DNA of 63,533 nt, filler included, from Octopus bimaculoides (taxonomy: Eukaryota), in NCBI RefSeq assembly GCF_001194135.2. It is 4 parts of 4 records of this genome, joined end to end, with 100 filler letters (N's around TTAATTAATTAA, not from the genome) between each part and the next. Parts side by side here need not be neighbours in the genome. Positions count along the whole stretch, not along the records: positions 27,442 to 53,906 come from NC_068982.1; positions 54,007 to 63,533 come from NC_068985.1; 2 more parts are not named here. One strand, given 5' to 3'. Positions 50,292 to 63,531 of the stretch are shown one piece after another. Position numbers and translations under genes: made by a program. Each line of letters begins with the position of its first letter. Within the stretch, counting starts at the first letter, position 1. The notes beneath the pieces were generated by a model. That model was not told where the DNA came from and ran no database searches. It was given only the letters and a program-made list of their open reading frames with translations.

Positions 50292-51174
50292 ATATTATTA
50301 AAAAAATGGCAAAAATCATATATTAATTAATATCGATTAATTACCAGGAAGCTGGCACATTTAAAGAATCAAAGAGATTCAGAAACACGTGAACTTTGTA
50401 TGGGGTTCTGATGATTATGGTTCCATTACAAATCAGGGTGATGAGAAATAGACAGTCGGTAAGATTGTTAAAATTCGAAACCGGTCCCTGTTTAATAATG
50501 TTCCTTTTCGGGTTTTTATAAATGTCTTGCCCGCTTACGTTTTGGTATCATGCTATATTTCATGTTGAGAACAATTTAGGTCTTTTTAGACACAAGATGT
50601 GATCTATTTCTAGCGCATTGAATGTCCACGTTAGTGGTCAACGTCATATATATATATATATATATATATAAATACAAGAAACAAATACAGATAAATACCC
50701 AGAGCGGACCAAACACATAAAACAAATGGTTNNNNNNNNNNNNNNNNNNNNNNNNNNNNNNNNNNNNNNNNNNNNNNNNNNNNNNNNNNNNNNNNNNNNN
50801 NNNNNNNNNNNNNNNNNNNNNNNNNNNNNNNNNNNNNNNNNNNNNNNNNNNNNNNNNNNNNNNNNNNNNNNNNNNNNNNNNNNNNNNNNNNNNNNNNNNN
50901 NNNNNNNNNNNNNNNNNNNNNNNNNNNNNNNNNNNNNNNNNNNNNNNNNNNNNNNNNNNNNNNNNNNNNNNNNNNNNNNNNNNNNNNNNNNNNNNNNNNN
51001 NNNNNNNNNNNNNNNNNNNNNNNNNNNNNNNNNNNNNNNNNNNNNNNNNNNNNNNNNNNNNNNNNNNNNNNNNNNNNNNNNNNNNNNNNNNNNNNNNNNN
51101 NNNNNNNNNNNNNNNNNNNNNNNNNNNNNNNNNNNNNNNNNNNNNNNNNNNNNNNNNNNNNNNNNNNNNNNNNN

Positions 51175-51207
<33 letters not shown>

Positions 51208-51923
51208 GTATATATATATATATAACCACTCATGCGCCTGTACATGCATATATATACAAATATATATATATTACCACCTCATCTTCATTTAAGATGTGAT
51301 TGGAGTTTTAAACACTGGAAGCTAGTAAATAAATATGTATGTATGTATGTATGTATGCATTATGTATGTATGTTTATATATATTTATGTAGGCATGTATT
51401 TATACATAGATATTTAGAACCAAGTTATAGATCGAGATAGAGTAACACTGTATGTTATGGACAGAAGATTTTAAAAGTCATTTGTGCCTCAATATGTTAG
51501 AAGTGAACGGGGGCGTTAGGGGAAGGTTATGTAACACACAGAAAAGAACAATAGTGAAAGCGACGAGAATGCGTTTTAAAGTTAAATGCCAAAGGTGCAT
51601 AACTTCAATACTGAAAAAAAATAAGTATCAATAGAAAGTTTGATCAGCAGCCCGCCTGAACCTCTAGTTGCCAAGATGTCTGAAAGCATCCGTCTATGCA
51701 AATATGGAAATATATATGGGCATTAATTCTAAAATTGTAATTTGCATAACGTAGTCCACTGACCTTTCGTTGCTAACGAAACAAAATATCCACCGATCAT
51801 AACATAGACTTATCTAACATGATCCACATCATTTTCATTCATAGTATTCAACCGGTCGTGGACATTCGCTGTCCCACTCTTTCCCTCATTCTCTGTCTCG
51901 GTCTGTTTCTGTTCTGTCCTTAG

Positions 51924-51991
<68 letters not shown>

Positions 51992-52206
51992 NNNNNNNNN
52001 NATAAGTTTAGTGGAGTTAGAGGTTGGAATAACCGTCTAAGGGATAAAAGTATCCATTATCCTACCGATATAATTACCTGTGTTAACCATAGACGTACAA
52101 TATGCAAGCGTATTATCCTCATAGGTTACAGGTAATAACAAATATAAACATGCCTTTATCAGGAGTCAAAGTTAAAGTGAACAAAAAATGGAGAAATGTT
52201 GATCGT

Positions 52207-52375
52207 TTATTCTTTTATTCCTTTACTTGTTTCAGTCATTTTGACTGCTGCCATGTTGAAGCACCGCCTTTACTCGAGCAAATCGAGCCCAGGACTCATT
52301 CCTTGTAATCCTAGTACTTATTCAATTGGTCCCATTTGACCAATTGCTAATGTTATGGGAACGTAAACACACCGT
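52207..52375 (-). mobile_element. SINE family 2, 3' half
   Basis: TTTACTTGTTTCAGTCATTTTGACTGCTGCCATG...AAATCGAGCCCAGGAC. Confidence 0.8.
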
Positions 52376-53682
52376 TCAGAAACAAAAGAATAAATAAAAT
52401 GAATGTATATAAATTCATTTTCGCTTTCTGTATAAATTCATATTCTGTTTCTTGTAAATCAATTCAATCGTCTTAATGCTGTTTGTCTATGAATTCTTGT
52501 TTTGCATACTATCTTTTATTAAAAAAAATTAATTAAATCGGTAAGTTTCCGATCTCTACTTTTGGTTGTATTGTCCATCGTTTAATGATGTATTTTCTCG
52601 ATTTGAAACAATGTTTAACGAAAATTGTATTCTAATAACTTACATCATTTTAAGTTACTTTTATTAGGTTATAAATCAGAGATTTAGGCAAATATATTTA
52701 GAATTAGCTTTGTGCATATGAATTAGCAGTTAGAAAAATTCCTCATCAAGATTCTCTCACTTCGGATGTCGACGAATTATATAAATTATTTTGATACGAT
52801 GTTGAAATTGAGAGATTAAAAGTGACGTTATATAATGGTTACAAAATCTGGCACACCCCTAGAAATTTTAGGGTGGGATGTAGGTGTTGAATATCGCTCT
52901 TAGTACTTGAGATTGTACGAAGGATTGAAGTGCAATTTCAATCGCAACGAAATTTGTAATCAAAACATAAGGAGCCGGAGGAAATATTGCTCCACATTTA
53001 ATCCACTATGGTAAAGATTTTTCAACTCACACCCTTAAAATATTTGCACATAACTGCATCTGTATAATATATATATATATATATGGTTGCCCAATATATC
53101 TTGGCAACAAAAATGTATATGAAACCTAAGAGAGCTCAAACACAATTCTGAAGCTGTGTACTTCCGAGATATACAATGCTGTCCAACAAGTAAAGATTTT
53201 GCCTCTCAATAAAATGTGAGGACCATGTATGCTTTCCAAATGGTGTATGTGTGTGTGTGTGTGTGTGCGTGTGTGTATGGGTGTGTGTGTCTGTGTGTGT
53301 GTACATGACCTTTGTCTTCACCATGTTAAACTTGAGTACAAATTATGTGAGCTCATCAAAGAATTTTGTGCCAAAGTTTGAAAGCATATTTCGGAGTATT
53401 CCTCAACAGAGCGAGTCACAAGATCTGTATGTTTAGCAGAGAGGAGGTCTCTAACAAGTATGCCAAATAATTTCACACCGCGTTGCAACTTCTTACTATG
53501 AAGGCTTTGTAAACACCGATTTCACAAGCTCTGCATAGCATGTATTATCACAGTACACACACATGCGAACACACGCGAACGCATACACACATACACATAT
53601 ACAGCCACGCACACACATACACACGCGCACACACTCACACAAACACATAGCCAGGTATGTTCCTGTCCATCTATGACTAGAA

Positions 53683-53906
53683 TTACTCTTTTACTCTTTT
53701 ACTTGTTTCAGTCATTTGACTGCGGCCATGCTGGAGCACAGTCTGTAGTCGAGAAAATCGACCCCAGGACTTATTCTTTGTAAGCCTAATACTTATTCTA
53801 TCGGTCTCTTTTTGCCGAACCGCTAAGTTACGTGGACGTAACCACACCAGCATCGGTTGTCAAGCGATGGTGGGGGGACAAACACAGACACACAAACATG
53901 CATATA
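53683..53906 (-). mobile_element. SINE family 2, 3' half (cut by the scaffold spacer)
   Basis: (TTACTCTT)n tail and TGACTGCGGCCATGCTGGAGCAC...GCCGAACCGCTAAGTTACG. Confidence 0.88.
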
Positions 53907-54006
53907 NNNNNNNNNNNNNNNNNNNNNNNNNNNNNNNNNNNNNNNNNNNNTTAATTAATTAANNNNNNNNNNNNNNNNNNNNNNNNNNNNNNNNNNNNNN
54001 NNNNNN
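53907..54006. other. Artificial 100-bp scaffold spacer: 44 N + TTAATTAATTAA + 44 N
   Basis: Identical to the spacer at 8528-8627. Confidence 0.9.
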
Positions 54007-54333
54007 ATAGACAGCTCTATTATGTTGTGATCCGAAACTAATGTCGGCGTCACTTTCACATCATGAATGATGTCCGTATTGTTCGTGAAGCAGAGATCTA
54101 GAATGTTATTCGCTCTAGTTGGTCTGAGAACAGTTTGCTCCATGAATAGGGCATTGGTGAGGTTGAGCAGCCATTCCACCTGTGCTTACTTGCGATAAGT
54201 CATTCCTGAGAGTATGAGACCTTCGGGCCATTTGACATTGGGGAAGTTGAAATCACCCATAAGAAATATGGTCACATGGTGTTCCAGTTTCATGAGGATT
54301 TCTTTAATTCTAGTGAGGCAATCTTCAAATTTG

Positions 54334-54335
<2 letters not shown>
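54007..54335 (-). mobile_element. CR1/L2-type APE endonuclease fragment
   Basis: FLMGDFNFPNVKW, PTRANNILDLCFTN and SDHNIIEL are canonical APE motifs. Confidence 0.85.
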
Positions 54336-54375
<40 letters not shown>

Positions 54376-56063
54376 GATATATACAGACATAAATGCACAC
54401 ACGCAGTAAACGGGTTGCGTTAGACAGGATCTCTGGTAAGGCAGATTGATATGGAGAAGAGGTTGTCGCCTATACAACGTGATCCCTTCCCACTGGACGT
54501 CGCTGATGTATTTAATGGAAGAGAGCGGCCTTTAAAATTTGCTGCCAATTTCGATGCTAGAGTTGCTAGAACGATGTTATATGTAACGTCCAATTACCTC
54601 AGGAGCACTAACTGATACTTCTACTTTGTTTACTTCAGAAGCCTCTCCCACGTATAGGGAAGGCTACAAGACATCAGAAGTCTACTGCCGAATTTATTTA
54701 CAACAGTTTAATCATAACATGTTCCTGGTTAATTTTAATGATTGTTTATTAAAACCTCTTGCTGGTGATTTTATACAATTTTAGTGGAATTGTTTGTCGT
54801 CACTTACTGGTGTGTTTGAAAATATGAAAATCGATTGTCATTTTATAAAATAAATTTTGATGATGAAAAACGTTTCACCTGTGGATTGTAAATAGACAAT
54901 CTATAGGAAAGTATTTTATTTCAATATCAGGAACATTGCAACTAATTAAAATAAAAAATTTATACATTCAAAAAATGCTTATACAATTAGTGAAAGCAGA
55001 GGCTGAAAATACCATTCGTATGTTTTATCGTATTATTTTCAATTAGAAATCCTTGCAATAGCTGTTTCTTTGTAAAGAACATTTATTTGAAATAGTTATT
55101 TTATCAGACAAAGCAGCATATATAACATAAATGTTAACCGAGTCAGATCAATTTTATTATATAAGTGGGTTGGTATCATTTAAACCAATGGAATTGGCAA
55201 CTTCAAAGGTGAAGAGAAATGACAAGAAAAAAATGCCTCAATATCTCATATGAATCAACCGTGATACTGGAGCAAAAACACATTCGTTTTGATACTCAAA
55301 CGTAAAATTGGTGTCACTTTCGTGACTTCAAATCTTCTTGAGTTATAACTCGAAATGTATATTTTTCTTGCATATGCGCACTTTCTATTGATTATGTGTG
55401 TGTATGTTTTAGCGTGTATGTACGTAACTTGTCTTGCTATGGCTCTCAAAAGAAGTGCTAGTTTTTGAAGTACAGTCTTAGCTGTCTTAAGAACTCTCAT
55501 TCACCAGTATAGATAGATCTGTGACTGTTATAGGGCATAATATTTAAAGTAATGGTGAAGGCTTAGGCGCTGCTCGGTTAAGATGTAAGTTTCGGAGATG
55601 TTATATCGATATGAATTTTATCTTTGTTTATTTGGTAAAGAAGATTATTGTCATCCCACTGCAGGGCGATAACATCCAGTTTTTCGTCGGTTTAAGAAAA
55701 ATGTCACGTATAATATATGTGAGATATGTGGCTGGAAGTTGCGAAGATTGAGTAAGGCATAGTGAAGTTACATTCAGCGGTAGAAATATTTCGAGCGTAT
55801 CGATGAGCAATGTTTATTGGTGATTGGTATGCCAAAGACATCAACGAGGGTAAAACGACTACTTTCGTCAAATTACAATAAGGCGTAGGCTTAATGGTGT
55901 TTCAAGAGAGAACCGATCCCCAGTGTATCTGTTTCATCAGATTCTTGCTGGTAGATGTTATGAAGGAATAAATACAAAGTGCTGTGGAATATCGTTTTAA
56001 TATCTGTCCCAGTTATCTTCAATAACTAAAATTGTTTGTAATAGAATAAGGGGGCAGTGACAC

Positions 56064-56207
56064 TGTTGTGTTGACGCCCGCAGGCAAGGAAGTAGTATCT
56101 CCCAATACATATAAATAGAGATAGTCTGGCCGTGGTAGGTGTGTTGAGTAGCGGTCGAGTAGAGATCATCCGAAGGTGCTAGATAGCAGTAGCGTTGAGA
56201 CATAACA
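56064..56207 (+). mobile_element. 144-bp solo LTR with a perfect GACAC TSD
   Basis: GACAC at 56059-56063 and 56208-56212. TGTTGTG...CATAACA termini and a CATATAAATAG TATA-like box. Homologous to 13021-13243. Confidence 0.92.
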
Positions 56208-56212
56208 GACAC

Positions 56213-56480
56213 AAAAGCTGCCCTTCTAATGAATAGGGTCTAGTGATGAATATTTTTAGTTCATCAGAGTCAATGGTGCAGAATCGAGGAGAATAAGGAG
56301 TTTGATGTGTGTTAAGACGATAATAAAGGGAAAAAATATGTTACCGAGTACAATGATGGTACAGCATGATCTACGGGGCAGATAGCGTTGAAACAAATAC
56401 AGCGAAAAATTGGGTGTGAAAATTTGGGCAATTTCTATCTATATATGAAGTCTCATCGCTCCAAAGATTAGGAGCAACAT
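56213..56480 (+). mobile_element. Possible Tc1-like transposase remnant (host of the solo LTR)
   Basis: NIFSSSES..G..VLRR..REK weakly resembles VIFSDESKF...G...VRRR..ER. Confidence 0.25.
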
Positions 56481-56876
56481 TTTATATAAGCGAGACACTG
56501 TATCGTCTGACTTATGCAATGTCGAGCTAGTTTGTGTTGTAATGTTATGACATTGTATAGACATGAGTATCCAATACGCATATCGTGATCAGGCGGGGTA
56601 ATTTTCAGTAGAAATGAAGAAGCTGAAATTCACATGTGCAGACACGAATCATTTTATACATGTTATTTCTTTTTCTTCGTGACACTGTAAAATAAAATTT
56701 TGAGAAAGGAAATATTTATCGTATCTTAATACAGCTTATCTAATTCATAATTTATTTCTAGAATATACATTAGAATATTATATTTACACTAGTCTAATGC
56801 TCGTTATGCTTACATCATTAATATCACATGCATTAATATAAGAATATCGCAATACAAACACACACACACTCACACA

Positions 56877-56914
<38 letters not shown>

Positions 56915-57141
56915 NNNNNNNNNNNNNNNNNNNNNNNNNNNNNNNNNNNNNNNNNNNNNNNNNNNNNNNNNNNNNNNNNNNNNNNNNNNNNNNNNNNNNN
57001 NNNNNNNNNNNNNNNNNNNNNNNNNNNNNNNNNNNNNNNNNNNNNNNNNNNNNNNNNNNNNNNNNNNNNNNNNNNNNNNNNNNNNNNNNNNNNNNNNNNN
57101 NNNNNNNCATGCATGTATGTATGCATGCATGTATATAAATG

Positions 57142-57182
<41 letters not shown>

Positions 57183-57872
57183 ACACATATACATATGAGT
57201 GTGTGTGTGTGTGTGTGTGTGTGTATGAATATAACAGCTTATAAAGAAATATAACGCTATTCATGCAGCACTTTATGGAATAAGTAAGTTTTATTATATC
57301 GTCAAAAATAGTATACGCTACAAATACTTTCAAACAAGATCCAAAAATAATCTTCCATAAAGGATACAAAAATTTCAGGTGAATTTATTACCGCAGATTA
57401 AACTCAAACAAATAACTAGAAACACATTATTCAGTTTCCATTTGTCTAGGAAATCTCGTTAATACCTCGTAATCCCATGACTTTTGTAACAGCAGACTAT
57501 TTTAAGAATACACTTGCAATTCTCCAGCGTACCTATCTTATTAGGGGTTCTGACCCTTCGAGGCTTGGAAAACAGTATTGCTATTCTCGTTATTCAATTC
57601 TTTCTCTTGCACTTTGTAGTCTCACGAATGAGCTATTCTTTTTTTTATCACTTAAATAAAATACAGGAACATATGAAGCGATTACATTTATCAAAACCAT
57701 AAGTTCTTATTCAACTTCTTTTCCTTCGTCATCTTCCTCTCCTCCATCTCCTTGGTAGCTTATTCTATGCTACTTCTAGACCACCATTTCGAGATCCATT
57801 TGGGTAATTGCCCATTGTTTAATTAGAATTAGGAAAAATAAAGTCAATGACACAATAACTACTTCTCTAGTG

Positions 57873-58052
57873 ATATTGGTTTCAAATACTGACACAAGGA
57901 GAGCAATTCCGGGTGAGGGGGGATAGGATGATTACATCGATCTCAGTGCTCGAACGGTACTTATTTTATCGACCTCGAAATGATGAAAGGCACTGACTAC
58001 CTCCACGGAGTTTAAATTCAGAATGTAAAGACAGATGGAATGCTGCTAAGCA
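57873..58052 (-). mobile_element. SINE family 1, 5'-truncated, tail C
   Basis: The reverse complement contains the body and CCTTGTGTCAGTATTTGAAACCAATAT. Confidence 0.8.
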
Positions 58053-58147
58053 CTGACAGCTTTTTGTACTCAACAAAATCGGAAGAGAGGTTGCACTCAA
58101 TACTACCGATGCTACATCCCGAATAACAAGAGCAGTGTCTGTCTCTT

Positions 58148-58450
58148 TGACACTCCGTCGGTTACGACAACGAGTGTCCCAGTTGATCTGATCAACGGAA
58201 CAGCTTGCTCGTGAAATTAATGTGCAAGTGGCTGAGCACTCCACAGACACGTGTACACTTAACGTATTTCTCGGGGATATTCAGTGTGACACAGAGTGTG
58301 ACAAGTCTGGCCCTTTGAAATACAGGTACAACAGAAAGAGGAAGTATGAGTGAGAGAAAGTTGTCGTGAAAGAGTACAGCAGGGTTCGCCACCACCCTCT
58401 GCCGTAGCCTCGTGGAGCTTTAGGTGTTTTTCCTCAATAAACACTCACAA
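58148..58450 (-). mobile_element. SINE-like family 4 copy lacking its tRNA head
   Basis: GC-rich ~300-bp block recognised from memory as a common octopus repeat. Its single occurrence here cannot confirm it internally. Confidence 0.55.
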
Positions 58451-60536
58451 AGACAAAAACATAGATCGACACAACAAATAACTCCCATCTAATCTACATC
58501 GGACCCTTTCGACGAAACAATTTATTCTTGAGTTGGTGAAGGACAAGTGAATTCTCAAAATAAGAAAAGAATTTTAAGAAAAAAGCTAGTTTCTTCAATC
58601 GGTTCACGTGTAGCATCAACAAAACCACGTCCGTATTAATGCATATAAATCAACACTGGCTCTAATACCATTATTCTCAACACCAAACACACAAAAAAAA
58701 AAAACAAGGAGAGAAAAGAAATAACAGAGTTACGCCTGCTGGTAAGTGCACAGACGCAACAATATCAAAAATGGGAACTCAACTTCAACTTTTGCGTGAG
58801 GAAGTAGGACTGGTCAAATTTTGATATTCTTCATGGCACAAAAACAATGCATTGAAAACACAGGGACTGAGATCAAAATTTTAATATGTTAAGGCTGGAG
58901 TAGCACCCTTAATCAACAATAAGGTGTAATTTCTACATTGAAATGGAAAACCCAAGCACAAGGCTCAGCTCTAGCTTCCTAAATGATTTTAAAAAAAGGA
59001 GCAGCAAGATTTCATGGATCCCAAGTCACCCGGTTTTTAGTACTAGCAGATTAGTAAGTAAACTTTTTCTTTATCAATATAGTTTTGCGACCAGCTTTTA
59101 AAGAGGCGTGTATAAATCCATTTGAACTGAGATGCTCTAGAAGCAGCGTAACCTGCTGAATGACGAGTATGTCGGACATAAATGCCTTAAAACGCATTTC
59201 GGACGGGGCTTCAGACCTTTGCATCTCTTGCTCGACTTGGAATATGAGAAAGTGCGTCGGTACTGTCTCGGAAAAACCTGGGCCTCGAGATACTTCCAAT
59301 CTTGTTAGAAACGGACGGTGAGTAATAATGATCCTGGACGGAAAGTTAGTGGTCCTGCTTTTAAACTACTCGCTATATATAAACCTCCACTGAGAAAGAT
59401 TAGCGAGATTTCCGCGCATGCCTAGAAATTTTCCTTCACGAAGGCAATTGGAATGCTGTTTGCTGTGCACATCTGATTGTGTGAAGTTAATGGAAAGGAG
59501 AGTGGATATAATGGCCTCGCAAAACTGATCAGTCGAATTCAATTGGCTCATAAGTAACAACTGTTTGTGCTAATCCTATCAAAAGATAAGACAGACAAGA
59601 AAAGTCTCCCATTTTCGGATTTCAATGTCACCGTTTGTTTCCTTATATTTCTCGTTATTATCTTAGATATCAAGCGGGTTCACGTATGTCAATTGTCGTT
59701 CTCCTAAATTTCCTTTATGTTGCGCAAACTTGTTTTGTAGAATATTGATAAACAATGTTGTGTATTTGAGGTTGTAGCCTTTTGCTTTATAGTAATTTTT
59801 CTTGTTTATTAAAATTTCTGTTATCAGTTTCTGTGTTCAAAGATTAAATTATTTGATGTAAAACTGGCGCCTTCATTTATATTTCTTTCCTTATAAAAAC
59901 CTTTTACTCCTCCAGTAGAGAAAGCTACATTTTTAACTCTTGAAATCACAATATAATTCGTAGCAAAGTCATATATAAGATAGTTCTTCTGTCTTCCATA
60001 AGTATTGTTTAGTTTCCAAACGACAAACTTTGTAAAGTAATCTAAAGGCAAATATTTATTTAGCCATTAAAACAAGAAGTCAGCATTTCCTTTTCCTCAA
60101 TCACCGAACCAAAAACAGTCTGTATCAAAGGATGACTCTACATAGTTCACGGAATAAATTTCGGGAATACAGAAAAAGCGTATTCAGCGAATATATTCAC
60201 ATTTGCGCCACTAACGAACAACCAAAATTTAGAATGTTTCCCCTCTATAAATTCAGCGACGATGCAACCTATAATCAGCGCATTAGCGAGGAGTCATGAT
60301 TTATCGCGAAATATAAGCCCATTTTGAATGCGTCCGCCATAAGTGACACTAATACAAGGGCCTAGGAATAATACCTACACAAATGTTAAAAACGACATAT
60401 TCAGAACAGTCACTCCTCATGAATTTATTCTGAACAATACCACTCAATACTATTACAACCACAACAGGTCACTTTTAGGTCGTTTGACCATTTAAGAGGA
60501 TTCCACCAATATCCAACTACTTCTTAATCTTTCACC

Positions 60537-60635
60537 TCTTCTTCTTCTTCTTCTTCTTCTTCTTCTTCTTCTTCTTCTTCTTCTTCTTCTTCTTCTTCTT
60601 CTTCTTCTTCTTCTTCTTCTTCTCCTCCTCCTCGC
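60537..60635. repeat. (CTT)n(CCT)n microsatellite
   Basis: Direct inspection. Confidence 0.95.
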
Positions 60636-61030
60636 CGCATCCTTCCTCGGTTACTCCTGCTTAAACAATCTAAACCATGAACTTACAACNNNNNNNNNNN
60701 NNNNNNNNNNNNNNNNNNNNNNNNNNNNNNNNNNNNNNNNNNNNNNNNNNNNNNNNNNNNNNNNNNNNNNNNNNNNNNNNNNNNNNNNNNNNNNNNNNNN
60801 NNNNNNNNNNNNNNNNNNNNNNNNNNNNNNNNNNNNNNNNNNNNNNNNNNNNNNNNNNNNNNNNNNNNNNNNNNNNNNNNNNNNNNNNNNNNNNNNNNNN
60901 NNNNNNNNNNNNNNNNNNNNNNNNNNNNNNNNNNNNNNNNNNNNNNNNNNNNNNNNNNNNNNNNNNNNNNNNNNNNNNNNNNNNNNNNNNNNNNNNNNNN
61001 NNNNNNNNNNNNNNNNNNNNNNNNNNNNNN

Positions 61031-61070
<40 letters not shown>

Positions 61071-62399
61071 GTGTGTTTTTGTGTACATTTTAATTCATTC
61101 TTTTTTTACAGTTATATATTTTCGTAATTTTTTATACAAAAAGTATGACGCTACAAGAGAACGTGACGTCGGTGTAGTTACTCTTTATAAGATTCTAAAT
61201 CTCCCCCTAGCTGATCGAGAAAGCCACACCGTCCGTAGCAACACTATCGTTAACATCGTTTTATACACCGACAAAATAAGCAACAAAAGTGACACTGAAA
61301 ATAACAGTTGATGCTTATTGCTGAAGAATCATATCTCATATGTTAATGCAGAAGTTATAACGGAACCAGTAGCCGTTTGCTTGGAAGCGAATGCTAGCTC
61401 ATCTGATTATGACGCTTAGCTAACGTGAATGTGCAGTCGATATGGATATCTTCACCGATCTTACACTTTCTGTATATANNNNNNNNNNATATATATGTAT
61501 ACCATGATTGATACGATGCAATGTGTCCAATTCCACTTTGGCCTATTAGCTAATTTCTCCTTATCTTTACCTGTCAGATACGCGAAACTCTTTCATTTGA
61601 TATCTGAACTGACTAAAATTCTCTCAACAAGCTGCACTCATACACTGTACATTTCTACATGAAATTCCCACTGCAAGTACTGTCTAATATTAATGAAACA
61701 GACGGAACTAAAAAATTTCAAATCGCTTGAAGTTGTCCGCCACTCCTCTCCAGTTCACCATTCATCGCAAAAAGGTTTAGCAGGATCATCTGCAAGTCAA
61801 GGTCATACTATATCCAACGATATAACCAATTTACAATCTAAACAAAAGCCAAGACACCTTTACGAGTTACGTTGCAATCATTGGATGATCTCTCTATAAG
61901 TTTGTAATCGACATTTTATTTCTGGATATGACGACAACATGTGCGAATTTATGACGTAGTTGTTTACAAAGAGCATATGATATATATTACAGAAGACTTT
62001 GCCGGATGTTATTTTTGATGTGTATATTTCTATGCATTTGTTTGTGTTTTATTTTTTCTTTACTCAGTTAACATGTCCATGTTTAAAACGAATTTCTACC
62101 GACGAAATAATATTTCGTCTGTGTTTTAAGAACTTTAGGTACTTTTAGGGTTTAATGTTTTGCTCTGAGAATTTGTGATCGCAGTTTGGGTGTTGTTTAT
62201 TAATCTTTGGGTAATTTATAAAGTTTCCTTTTCCTTATTGTCTGTACTTGCCTATGCCTTTATAGGTTTCTTTGCTGTTGCTTTTGTCTTTGGGGGTATC
62301 TTTAATGACAAACGCAGATCAAGTTTTTGTGTTAAATTCCCAAGTGCACATTTCTCGACAAGTGAAATAATGATGTTGATGGAACATCCACGCGAGTAA

Positions 62400-62720
62400 C
62401 AGTATATGCTACTTATAATGGACATGAAAAAGATGCCATTGAGCAGAATGTCAGAAAATCCCTAAAGCAGAAAATATCGACGATTTTCTCTGTACCATGT
62501 TAGACACCAACTTGCGAATAGAGAACACATCTGCCATCTTGAGCTGGATAGGACCAGTTGCTTTCTCGTGTCTGGTGGCTCTTGCAAAGGAATTTAGTAT
62601 GTTGTGTATGGACTGTAAGGACAGTGAGCAAACAAGTGTCACATCCTGTACAACATCTTCACGTTCTGTTTGGTCAGGAGACTGACGATGGAATAGAAGA
62701 TTCTCTCTATGCTGTAATGA
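62400..62720 (+). mobile_element. Probable DIRS-type (tyrosine-recombinase retrotransposon) gag/ORF1 remnant
   Basis: Across frameshifts: EKDAIE / ENP / IDDFL / IGP-LSRVW / EQT / LFGQ / NRR. This is the motif order recalled for DIRS ORF1. Confidence 0.45.
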
Positions 62721-63075
62721 TGGAAATTTCACGCTTAAATGAGACTATATTTAACATGCGACTTTACAGCGCAGAATGCAGTTAGGAAGCTTAAGAGTAA
62801 TTCTATAACCCTTAACTTACTTTGGTCTTACGATGTGAGTTTTCACTTGGAATGTAATCTTATTTATATATGTACAGTGACGCTGATTCATATCTCTTCT
62901 CTTGTCTCTTACCTAACGCCAATACTAATGTTTTTAAGATTGATATTTATTTTATCGTTCTTTTTTGCCGGACTGTTCAATTGTGGTGACGTCATCACAT
63001 AGCCCCCAGTTATCAAGCAGTGCTGGGCATAAAAAATCAAACACAAACACACACGCGCACGAGCGCACATATGTA

Positions 63076-63156
63076 CAGCAATCTCTCGACTATCGCGGGT
63101 GTCACGTTCCAGAACCACCCGCGATAAGTGAAACGTGAAATGGTGCGGGGTTACTG
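63076..63156. mobile_element. 81-bp pogo/Tigger-type MITE with a TA TSD
   Basis: TA|CAGCAATCTCTCG ... GCGGGGTTACTG|TA, with a perfect internal 11-bp hairpin (63091-63101 / 63116-63126). Confidence 0.7.
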
Positions 63157-63188
<32 letters not shown>

Positions 63189-63191
63189 CAA

Positions 63192-63443
63192 ACTTTTATT
63201 CTTTTATTTGTTTCCGTCATGTGATTGAGGCCACGCTGGAGCACCGGCTTTCGTCGATCAAATTGACCCCGGAGCTTATAATTTGTAAGCCTAGTAGTTA
63301 TGTTATTGGTCTCATTTGCCAAAGCGCTAAGTTACGGGGACGTAAACATGCCAACATCGGTTGTCAAGTGATGTTGGGGGACAAATACCGACAAAAAACA
63401 TACACATACACACAACACACACACACACACACACACACACACC

Positions 63444-63475
<32 letters not shown>
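63192..63475 (-). mobile_element. SINE family 2, 3' half plus internal microsatellite
   Basis: GGCCACGCTGGAGCACCG...GCGCTAAGTTACGGGGACGTAAACA...GGGGACAAA(CA)n(TA)n. Confidence 0.85.
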
Positions 63476-63496
63476 AAGAGAGAGAGAGAGAGAAAT

Positions 63497-63531
<35 letters not shown>

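Noticed and set aside
51698-51747. Inverted pair of octamer motifs (ATGCAAAT / ATTTGCAT)
   Set aside because: AT-rich 8-mers are expected by chance in 63 kb of this composition.
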